Positions 1-6,326 of a DNA stretch of 9,795 bases are shown here, one piece after another. Within the stretch, counting starts at the first letter, position 1, and each line of letters opens with the position of its first letter. The notes beneath the pieces were generated by a model. That model was not told the origin of the DNA, did no database searches, and saw only the letters and a list, made by a program, of their open reading frames with translations. The stretch is from a virus (lineage: Duplodnaviria; Heunggongvirae; Uroviricota; Caudoviricetes): positions 1-9,795 of the IMG/VR virus record IMGVR_UViG_2778261533_000002, one strand, 5' to 3'. A program made the position numbers and the translations under genes.

Positions 1-235
1 CATGACAAGGTCATCGGGCATTATCTGAACATAAAACACTATCAGTAAGTTGGAGTCATTACCAAGCTATAGATGATAGAAAAATTGGAGCGGCAATGTA
101 TATATTTTCTAGCCATAATGGGTTTTCTACAATCAAGTATCCAAAAGGTATTAAGTATATTATAGCCAATAGTTGAAGGTTTTTTAATTTGGATGATGCG
201 TCAACCAACTTATTTTTATATTCCATACAACGTCC

Positions 236-1309
236 TTATTTCAACTTTAACGCCAAATCTTCAGCTTTTGGATGATAATACCGCATTAGCATTCTTGGAT
301 CTTTATGTCCTGTAATTTTGGTCAGTTCATGCATAGGGAAAATTTCAGCAAGTCGAGAAGTTGCTTCATGTCGAAGGTCATGAAATCTTAAATCTTTAAG
401 GAATGATTCATCACATAATGAGTTTGTTTTCTCGTATCGTTCTCTGGCTCGTTTTACAGCTCGGTCAAAAGCTCGGGTAATCGCGTCTGCACGCATATCA
501 AAAACCTTATCAGCAGCTGGCTTAGAATGTTCCTTGAGACTGGACAGTATCGTGATGGCTTTCGTTGATAAAGGGACATCGCGGGCATTACCATTCTTAG
601 TATCCGGCAGATGTGCAACTCGCCGATCAAGATCGATAAAGCGCCATCGAAGCTCTGCGATTTCGCTACGGCGCATGGCTGTCTCTAACGCCAGAAGAAT
701 GATTGCTGGCAATACTAATGAATGTGTTGCGGCGATGATATGTTCGATCTCGTTGGCTATTTCCTTTCCTGACGTAACACCGGTTTTCTCAGAAACTACA
801 GGCAGCGCTTCCAGGCGTCTGGTCCTGGAGTTCTTGGGTTGAGGTTTGCGAATGGCCTCTACGGGGTTCAGCAGGCTCTCCATGCCCCATTCTTTCCGCG
901 AAACGTTGAATACATGAGAAAGTAAGGCCAAACGCCTTAAAACGGTTGCAGGGGCATAGATTTTCAACCATTCATCTCTCAGCTTGGCGACATCGGCACT
1001 CCTGATGCTGGCCATATAGTTTTTCGCCAGCTGAGTGCCTTTTAGTATCCGCACCAATGATCGGTCTTGCACTGCCCCTTTTTTGTCGGGAACAATCTCT
1101 TTTTCATATCGCGTTAGGGCTTCATACAATGTCGTAGATTCCGCTTCGCTGCGGCTAAGCCAAACTCCTCTCGCCATTTCTGACTCGATCATTTTGGCCC
1201 AAGCTTCTGCTTCTACTTTGGTGTTAAAGGTTTTGGTTTGAGAGGGAAAACCTCGTTTACGGATTTGAGCTTCCCATTGGTAGTTACCACGTTTGCGTAT
1301 AGTCGCCAT
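236..1309 (-). CDS. Tyrosine-type site-specific integrase of element A
   Basis: Open frame 236-1339 on the minus strand. The track start at 1339 is TTG; the in-frame ATG at 1309 (MATIRKRGNYQWEAQIRKRG...) is the more likely start. C-terminal catalytic signature of tyrosine recombinases is present: RFHDLRHEATSRL and the tyrosine in MRYYH. Stop at 236-238. Confidence 0.85.
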   Translation of the reverse strand: MATIRKRGNYQWEAQIRKRGFPSQTKTFNTKVEAEAWAKMIESEMARGVWLSRSEAESTTLYEALTRYEKEIVPDKKGAVQDRSLVRILKGTQLAKNYMASIRSADVAKLRDEWLKIYAPATVLRRLALLSHVFNVSRKEWGMESLLNPVEAIRKPQPKNSRTRRLEALPVVSEKTGVTSGKEIANEIEHIIAATHSLVLPAIILLALETAMRRSEIAELRWRFIDLDRRVAHLPDTKNGNARDVPLSTKAITILSSLKEHSKPAADKVFDMRADAITRAFDRAVKRARERYEKTNSLCDESFLKDLRFHDLRHEATSRLAEIFPMHELTKITGHKDPRMLMRYYHPKAEDLALKLK

Positions 1310-1397
1310 TTCTGTCTGATTCCTAACGAACTGTGGCAATATTGTGGCAAAAAATCCATTTAAATTCGATAGGTATTGATTTTACAAGATCAATTTA

Positions 1398-1446
1398 CGC
1401 ATTCGTAATGCGAAGGTCGTAGGTTCGACTCCTATTATCGGCACCA
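1398..1446 (+). other. Attachment-site core: 3'-terminal 49 nt of a tRNA-Thr(CGU) gene (thrW-like), including the T-arm, acceptor 3' strand and CCA; not a complete tRNA
   Basis: CGCATTCGTAATGCGAAGGTCGTAGGTTCGACTCCTATTATCGGCACCA folds as anticodon stem-loop (anticodon CGT), variable loop, T-arm (TTCGACT loop) and acceptor 3' strand plus CCA. The upstream sequence does not supply an acceptor 5' strand or D-arm. Identity to E. coli thrW is recalled from memory. Confidence 0.8.
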
Positions 1447-1460
1447 TTTAAATCAATAAG

Positions 1461-2624
1461 TTACACATCATTAGTACCTTCCTTATTTTTTGACTGGGAC
1501 GAATTTGGGACCGATGGGTTCAGGATCGAGTCTATTTGCCGTGCGTGTTCGGTAAGGTGATTAGGTGCAAGGTGAGCATATCGACGAACCATTTCGATAG
1601 ACTCCCAGCCTCCCATTTCCTGTAACACTGACAACGGGACTCCGGCTTGAACCAGCCAACTTGCCCAGGTGTGTCTCAAGTCGTGAAATCTGAAATCATC
1701 AATACCAGCCCGTCTCAGCGCCGCTTTCCAGGCTGTGTTTGCGTCATACCGCATCTTCCTTACTGTTGGCGCTTTCGTTCCGTCTGGTTTGGTACAGCTT
1801 TCCTTGTACACAAATACCCAACGGTGATGATTCCCGATTTGTTTTTTCAAAACGCGACATGCAGTATCATTCAGCGCAACGCCAATTGCGCGGTTTGATT
1901 TACTCTCTTCCGGGTTTATCCATGCCACCCGGCGCTGCATGTCTATTTGTTGCCATTCAAGGTTGATGATGTTCGAGCGTCTTAAGCCTGTTGCCAGTGC
2001 AAATTCAACAACAGACTTTAATGGCTCCGGACATTCATCAATCAGCCTTTGTGCTTCATGGGGCTCCAGCCAGCGGATCCGTTTATTCTTTGGTTGAGGC
2101 ACTTTAATAATTGGTGCCTTATCCAGCATTTTCCATTCACGCTCTGCGGCTCTTAGTAGGGCCTTTATAAATGAAAGATGCGTAGCCTTCGTTGCAACGG
2201 ACGCTGGTTTTGGCGTGTATTCTGGAACAGGTTTCCCTTTTTTTCTGCATGCTTCTGCCCTGAGTCTCCAGTTTTCCTCATGACGCCGGTTCGTCATTTT
2301 CTGCATTGCTGAATAAATTTTTGATTCAGTAATGTCTCTTAGTTGCATTCCTGCGAAATGTTGAAGCCAGAATCCGATCCGGCTTTTGTCATCGTCCAGT
2401 GATTTTTTATGTGCTTTCTCTTCAAGCCACCTGACACACGCTTCCTCGAACGTTATATCAGGTATTTCACCAAGTTTGCTGACCCGCCATGCTTCAGCCT
2501 TTAGCTTGTCATGGAGTTCTGTCGCCTGCCTTTTGTCCTTTGTTCCAAGAGACTGTTTAAATCTTTTACCGTTCGGCAATGTGAAACTGGCGTACCATAT
2601 TTCACCTCTGCGGAAGAGTGACAT
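1461..2624 (-). CDS. int: Phage integrase, P22 Int-like tyrosine recombinase (387 aa)
   Basis: ATG at 2622-2624 ([14 protein letters not shown]...), stop at 1461-1463. Catalytic motifs [14 protein letters not shown] and VRRYAHL are present. Length and N-terminus match my recollection of P22 Int, which integrates at thrW. Confidence 0.9.
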   Translation of the reverse strand: MSLFRRGEIWYASFTLPNGKRFKQSLGTKDKRQATELHDKLKAEAWRVSKLGEIPDITFEEACVRWLEEKAHKKSLDDDKSRIGFWLQHFAGMQLRDITESKIYSAMQKMTNRRHEENWRLRAEACRKKGKPVPEYTPKPASVATKATHLSFIKALLRAAEREWKMLDKAPIIKVPQPKNKRIRWLEPHEAQRLIDECPEPLKSVVEFALATGLRRSNIINLEWQQIDMQRRVAWINPEESKSNRAIGVALNDTACRVLKKQIGNHHRWVFVYKESCTKPDGTKAPTVRKMRYDANTAWKAALRRAGIDDFRFHDLRHTWASWLVQAGVPLSVLQEMGGWESIEMVRRYAHLAPNHLTEHARQIDSILNPSVPNSSQSKNKEGTNDV

Positions 2625-2851
2625 TTTCTTTCCTCTGTTATGCCATCACCCGCGCTCACCTGGACAGTATGCAGCGGAGACTGAAGAGCCGCAATGCAGG
2701 CTTGTCGTGTTGTGAGGTAAGGAGATTTATTCTTAGTGGGATCTTTGCGTGTTGCCTGAAGACGCCCTGTGCGTATCCAGTTAATGGCAGTCGGTCTGGA
2801 TATCTTGAGAAAATGACAGGCCTCATCGAGTGTGAGGCTGTATGGCTCCAT
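2501..2851 (-). CDS. xis: Excisionase (Xis), 116 aa, helix-turn-helix
   Basis: The track ORF 2501-2935 is an upstream extension. The internal ATG at 2849-2851 ([31 protein letters not shown]...) gives a 116-aa product and overlaps the stop of the upstream gene by 1 nt (TAATG). The 3' end overlaps int by 124 nt in another frame. The position upstream of int and the HTH-like segment fit an excisionase. Confidence 0.75.
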   Translation of the reverse strand: MEPYSLTLDEACHFLKISRPTAINWIRTGRLQATRKDPTKNKSPYLTTRQACIAALQSPLHTVQVSAGDGITEERKCHSSAEVKYGTPVSHCRTVKDLNSLLEQRTKGRRQNSMTS

Positions 2852-3156
2852 TATTTCACCTCTTGCTGTGACATTGTTGAAAAATGGATACCAGCTCGTT
2901 GCTGCCAGACGATCCAACCGAGAGTCATATCCCATGCCATGTATTCGTTATCGCCGTTTTTTGCTCTCCGACGATCTACTAAGTTACCGAAACGCTTTTC
3001 CATGAATAATTCATAAGCTTCGCGTTCATCTGGTTCTACTTCCAGAGATAGGAGTGCGATTTCATAAGCACGGCGCTCAATATCGTCTCGCACGTCAAGG
3101 CTGCTGATACGCTCTTTAATTTCTTTAATCAGTTCTTTGTCGGTAAAAGTGGTCAT
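2851..3156 (-). CDS. Hypothetical phage early protein (101 aa)
   Basis: ATG at 3154-3156 overlaps the stop of the upstream gene by 1 nt (TAATG), and its own stop overlaps the xis start by 1 nt. Acidic, helical-looking sequence with no recognisable motif. Confidence 0.6.
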   Translation of the reverse strand: MTTFTDKELIKEIKERISSLDVRDDIERRAYEIALLSLEVEPDEREAYELFMEKRFGNLVDRRRAKNGDNEYMAWDMTLGWIVWQQRAGIHFSTMSQQEVK

Positions 3157-3518
3157 TATGCTCCAGCCTCCGGTGCTTTTGGCATTACTGCCCAGTGAGT
3201 GATATTGACGTTTTCAAGGTCCCCGACCTGAAATGTCCACTGCCATTCTCCGGTTTCTTTTTGTCCCCAGGTGTACCAGAGAGAACGCCAACCAATTAGC
3301 CAGCCTTCTCCGTTAGCATCGAATAACAAAACACTTTCATTTGCTGGTGGCAGTTCAGTTGACACTGGTATTACTTTGTTTTCCTGTGCTGCACATTTAG
3401 CTTCAAGCGCATCGAATTTACGCACCAGGTATTCAGCATCTGTTTCATTTACTTTCAGATCTCGCGGTACACATCTCCCACGAAGAAACCCTTCCATTTC
3501 GAAAACATTCATGCGCAT
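3156..3518 (-). CDS. DUF551-like phage protein (120 aa)
   Basis: ATG at 3516-3518 is preceded by GGAG at an appropriate distance. The C-terminal segment WQWTFQVGDLENVNITHWAVMPKAPE resembles the conserved THWMPLPEPP end of DUF551 proteins, as I recall the family. First gene of the leftward operon. Confidence 0.65.
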   Translation of the reverse strand: MRMNVFEMEGFLRGRCVPRDLKVNETDAEYLVRKFDALEAKCAAQENKVIPVSTELPPANESVLLFDANGEGWLIGWRSLWYTWGQKETGEWQWTFQVGDLENVNITHWAVMPKAPEAGA

Positions 3519-3973
3519 TTGCGTAACTCCGATAACTCGTTAAAGCGTTCCATAAACATCCCGTAACAGACAACAGGGCAGAGAACGGTGCTGTCTTTTT
3601 CAGTTTGAGAGTGGCGGTGTTAGTTTCTCCACAAAACAGAGAAGAACACCTGCGGTGGCAGCCGCCCGGATGGATTGGGTTATGAGCCCGTCGTCCGGTG
3701 ATGCTCTTCTCTGTTTTGTAAAAAGAGCGGTACCAGCCGGAAGCAAGTGTACAAACTGGTACCGCCAAAGCAGTGGCTGTTGTGGTGACCGGTGCTGATC
3801 TCCGGCTTGCGGTTATTTCAGACTCTCACGGGCGTTTAATTGCCCCGCCGAACAGCTCTTTTCCGCAATAGCTGCAATGTCTTTCGCGCATCAGTCTGCG
3901 CATTCACCACAACGCTGAGAGCACTTAGCCAGTTATCTATCCGAAAGATTAACAGAACACCTTCAATTTTTAA
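3519..3973. promoter_or_regulatory. Divergent control region between the leftward (int/xis) and rightward operons; contains two large inverted repeats and no ORF
   Basis: Imperfect palindrome with 18-bp arms (3631-3648 and 3702-3719, 17 of 18 complementary) separated by 53 bp. Immediately after, a perfect 10-bp inverted repeat GCGGTACCAG/CTGGTACCGC (3727-3736 and 3756-3765) with a 19-bp spacer. A hairpin followed by TTTTT lies at about 3566-3600. Promoter hexamers were not confidently assigned. Confidence 0.4.
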
Positions 3974-4057
3974 CCACAGAACGATGAGGCTAACCGCAAT
4001 GCGTCGAATGTTTATCAGCTTAACGTTGCGAAGCTTCAGGCAGCGGCATTTTCTCAA

Positions 4058-4212
4058 CTGTCAGATTCTGACCCGTCAAAATCTGACGCATCAAAATCTG
4101 ACCCGTCAAAATTTGATGCGTCGAAATCTGGCAAAAAAGCGGGTTTTCACCCGTCAGAATCTGGCGGGGATCCGTCAGTAAAATCAAAACATGATCCGTC
4201 AGATAAAAAACC
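4058..4212. repeat. Tandem 15-bp repeats, consensus cCGTCAAAATCTGAc: five contiguous units (4058-4132) plus three degenerate CCGTCAG-initiated copies (4151, 4172, 4196)
   Basis: Direct reading: ctgtcagattctgac / ccgtcaaaatctgac / gcatcaaaatctgac / ccgtcaaaatttgat / gcgtcgaaatctggc. The period is a multiple of 3 and sits in an open frame, where it encodes DPSKS/DASKS-type pentapeptides. Confidence 0.8.
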
Positions 4213-4330
4213 TTCTCGTCCGGACGCTTCGCAACCGGACACGCAGACGGCTGAACAGGATTTTTTAACTCGCCATCCTGATGCGGTTGTATTCAGCCCT
4301 AAAAAGCGCCAGTGGGGGACGCAGGATGAT

Positions 4331-4699
4331 TTGACCTGCGCACAGTGGCTCTGGAAAAAAATCATCGCCCTGTACGAGCAGGCTGCCGAATGTGACGGCG
4401 AGGTGGTTCGTCCCAAAGAACCGAACTGGACAGCCTGGGCAAACGAAATTCGCCTGATGTGTGTGCAGGATGGTCGTACTCACAAACAAATCTGCGAGAT
4501 GTACAGCCGCGTCAGCCGCGATCCGTTCTGGTGCCGTAACGTGCTCAGCCCGTCGAAGCTGCGGGAAAAATGGGATGAGCTTTCTCTGCGCTTATCGCCG
4601 TCCGTCAGCACGTACACAGAAAAACGCGAAGACCCGTACTTCAAAGCCAGTTACGACAATGTGGACTACAGCCAGATCCCGGCAGGATTCAGGGGGTGA
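4331..4699 (+). CDS. DnaT-like (primosomal protein I C-terminal domain-like) phage replication-associated protein; coordinates are from the first canonical start (TTG), but the frame is open from 3974
   Basis: The C-terminus ...DNVDYSQIPAGFRG matches the characteristic C-terminal end of E. coli DnaT (...SEPDSQIPPGFRG, from memory). Stop at 4697-4699, immediately before the SD (AGGGGG) and ATG of the next gene. The same frame is stop-free for 119 codons upstream (3974-4330) with no ATG/GTG/TTG, so the 5' extent is unresolved. Confidence 0.6.
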   Translation: MTCAQWLWKKIIALYEQAAECDGEVVRPKEPNWTAWANEIRLMCVQDGRTHKQICEMYSRVSRDPFWCRNVLSPSKLREKWDELSLRLSPSVSTYTEKREDPYFKASYDNVDYSQIPAGFRG

Positions 4700-4701
4700 G
4701 C

Positions 4702-5190
4702 ATGAGTCTTTTGAATGACGTTCAGAAATTCATTGAAGCCCATCCGGGCTGTACTTCCGGAGACATTGCGGATGCTTTTGCAGGTTACTCACGGCAGCGC
4801 GTTCTGCAGTCAGCAAGCAAGTTACGTCAGAGTGGGCGTGTGGCTCACCGTTGTGAAGGAGATACACACAGACATTTCCCGCGCCTGACTGAGAGAGCGC
4901 AGGATCCGGAACCACAACCAGTTCGTGAAACCAGACCTGTGCGCAATTTCTATGTCGGCACTAACGACCCGCGGGTGATTTTGTGCCTGACCCGCCAGGC
5001 GGAAGAACTGGAGTCCAGGGGCTTATACCGTCGTGCTGCAACGGTGTGGATGGCGGCATTCCGTGAAAGCCACTCCCAGCCAGAACGAAACAATTTTCTG
5101 GCGCGTCGTGAACGGTGTTTACGGAAAAGCAGTAAGCGGGCTGCATCAGGTGAAGAGTGGTATCTCTCAGGGAATTACGTGGGGGCTTAA
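4702..5190 (+). CDS. PerC-family-like transcriptional regulator with an N-terminal winged-helix-like region (162 aa)
   Basis: ATG at 4702 sits 5 nt after AGGGGG; the track GTG at 4696 is less likely. The C-terminal motif AEELESRGLYRRAATVWMAAF resembles the LE.GLWRRAA.RW core I recall for PerC/Pch proteins. Stop at 5188-5190 overlaps the next start (TAATG). Confidence 0.6.
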   Translation: MSLLNDVQKFIEAHPGCTSGDIADAFAGYSRQRVLQSASKLRQSGRVAHRCEGDTHRHFPRLTERAQDPEPQPVRETRPVRNFYVGTNDPRVILCLTRQAEELESRGLYRRAATVWMAAFRESHSQPERNNFLARRERCLRKSSKRAASGEEWYLSGNYVGA

Positions 5191-5843
5191 TGAGTAATAA
5201 ATATTGCCAGGCGCTGGCGGAACTGCGGAACAAACCAGCCCATGAACTGAAGGAAGTGGGCGATCAGTGGCGCACGCCGGACAACATTTTCTGGGGAATT
5301 AACACTCTGTTTGGCCCGTTTGTTCTGGATCTGTTTACTGACGGTGATAACGCCAAATGTGCTGCGTATTACACGGCGGAAGACAACGCGCTGGCGCATG
5401 ACTGGTCAGAACGCCTTGCGGAGCTTAAAGGTGCTGCCTTTGGTAATCCCCCATACAGCCGCGCCAGTCAGCATGAGGGGCAATACATCACCGGCATGCG
5501 TTACATCATGAAGCATGCCAGTGCCATGCGTGATAAAGGCGGGCGCTATGTTTTCCTGATCAAAGCTGCCACCAGCGAAGTGTGGTGGCCGGAAGATGCA
5601 GATCATATTGCTTTTATTCGCGGGCGTATTGGTTTTGAACTGCCTGCCTGGTTTATCCCGAAGGATGAGAAGCAGGTGCCGACAGGCGCTTTCTTCGCTG
5701 GTGCTATTGCTGTTTTCGACAAGACCTGGAAGGGACCGGCAATCAGCTACATCGGGCGCTATGAACTTGAGGCATGTGGTGAGGCCTTTCTGGCGCAGGT
5801 TCGCCAGCAGGCAGAAAAACTGGTCAGGGAGATGGCGGCATGA
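5190..5843 (+). CDS. Phage Dam-type DNA N6-adenine methyltransferase (217 aa)
   Basis: ATG at 5190 is preceded by GGGGG and overlaps the upstream stop; the track GTG at 5157 is less likely. Motifs [10 protein letters not shown] and FGNPPYS (catalytic NPPY) fit the small phage Dam family found in T1 and lambdoid nin regions. Stop at 5841-5843 overlaps the next ATG (ATGA). Confidence 0.75.
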   Translation: MSNKYCQALAELRNKPAHELKEVGDQWRTPDNIFWGINTLFGPFVLDLFTDGDNAKCAAYYTAEDNALAHDWSERLAELKGAAFGNPPYSRASQHEGQYITGMRYIMKHASAMRDKGGRYVFLIKAATSEVWWPEDADHIAFIRGRIGFELPAWFIPKDEKQVPTGAFFAGAIAVFDKTWKGPAISYIGRYELEACGEAFLAQVRQQAEKLVREMAA

Positions 5844-6154
5844 CGACGTTAACTCAATGCCAGCAGCAGGTGCTGGATATGCTGATTTCTTATCAGAAAG
5901 AACGTGGCTTCCCGCCAACCAATCAGGAGGTGGCAACCATGCTGGGATGCATGGCCCGTCTGAAAAAGAACAACAGCGATTTGCACGATTTATTAGTAGA
6001 TTATTATGTAGGTGGTATGACGTTTATGGCGCTTGCCCGTAAACATGGGCGTTCTGATTGCTGGGTTGGGCGCTTATTGCAAAAGGCAGAAGGCATCATT
6101 GAAGGTATGTTGATAATGTTAGAAATAGAATTGGAAATGGACTCAAATATCTAG
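5840..6154 (+). CDS. Q-like late antiterminator (QuuD/21-type short Q) with an atypical LexA-like N-terminus (104 aa)
   Basis: ATGA-coupled to the MTase. The C-terminal two thirds ([35 protein letters not shown]...AEGIIEGML) resemble my recollection of the DLP12 QuuD antiterminator. The N-terminal 36 aa ([33 protein letters not shown]) instead resemble the LexA N-terminal DNA-binding helix pair. The last 20 codons lie in AT-rich sequence. Confidence 0.5.
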   Translation: MTTLTQCQQQVLDMLISYQKERGFPPTNQEVATMLGCMARLKKNNSDLHDLLVDYYVGGMTFMALARKHGRSDCWVGRLLQKAEGIIEGMLIMLEIELEMDSNI

Positions 6155-6281
6155 AAAGATATTTTATGAGTATCTGGATTTTTAATTTGTATTGTTAGCA
6201 TGAAATTAAGGAGGGTGGACTGTTTGTGCTTTATATTAATGTTTTTGTGGGGATTTAATAACCACTGATTTATTTGAGGGT

Positions 6282-6316
6282 GGCGCTAATGTACAAGGTT
6301 TTTAGTAATTAGCGCC
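6282..6316 (+). terminator. Possible intrinsic terminator or hairpin downstream of the Q-like gene
   Basis: Perfect 9-bp inverted repeat GGCGCTAAT/ATTAGCGCC with a 17-nt loop, followed on the plus strand by a U-rich tract (tgctggtttgttattttatttt). It lies 11 nt past the stop of the convergent minus-strand gene, but that strand has no U-run after it. Confidence 0.3.
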
Positions 6317-6326
6317 TGCTGGTTTG

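Larger units (their letters stand above)
1..1446. mobile_element. Right end of an integrated element (element A) that ends at the tRNA-Thr-derived att core; extends beyond the left edge
   Basis: A tyrosine integrase gene (236-1309) has its 5' end about 90 bp from the att core at 1398-1446. Positions 1-235 are AT-rich with no ORF of 60 aa or more. Boundaries are inferred, not observed. Confidence 0.5.

Noticed and set aside
534-1241. Plus- and minus-strand ORFs of 60-102 aa (534-842, 789-971, 1035-1241) inside the element A integrase gene
   Set aside because: They lie entirely within or antisense to a well-supported integrase ORF and have low-complexity, Arg/Ser-rich translations; they are shadow ORFs.
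1371-1446. A complete tRNA-Thr gene
   Set aside because: Only tRNA positions 28-76 or so are present. The upstream sequence (…gatcaatttaC) cannot form the acceptor 5' strand or D-arm, so this is an att core and not a functional tRNA.
2501-2624. The 124-nt out-of-frame overlap between xis and int as an anomaly
   Set aside because: Overlap of xis and int is normal for lambdoid and P22-type integration modules, so it is not reported as unusual.
1647-2715. Plus-strand ORFs 1647-1898, 1739-1966 and 2386-2715 antisense to int and xis
   Set aside because: Antisense to the P22-type int, with no RBS and no recognisable motifs.
2618-3016. Plus-strand ORF of 132 aa spanning the xis and 101-aa gene region
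   Set aside because: Antisense to a tightly coupled minus-strand operon; Cys-rich junk-like translation.
3271-3768. ORFs 3271-3543 (+) and 3445-3768 (-)
   Set aside because: The first is antisense to the DUF551-like gene. The second spans the palindrome-rich intergenic region, and its translation is dictated by the inverted repeats, with no SD.
3836-4181. ORF 3836-4057 (-) and ORF 3840-4181 (+) as independent genes
   Set aside because: Both start at TTG without an SD and give low-complexity products. The plus-strand one is considered only as a possible frameshift donor frame.
4058-4212. CRISPR array
   Set aside because: The repeats are 15 bp and contiguous with no unique spacers of regular length; no cas genes are present.
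4147-6042. Antisense and alternative-frame ORFs within the rightward operon (4147-4416, 4265-4489, 4461-4718, 4730-4915, 4961-5233, 5187-5399, 5311-5511, 5406-5936, 5596-6042)
   Set aside because: They overlap the translationally coupled DnaT-like, PerC-like, MTase and Q-like genes, which have motif support. No start signals were seen, and the translations are Arg/Ala/Pro-rich as expected for off-frame reading of GC-rich coding DNA.
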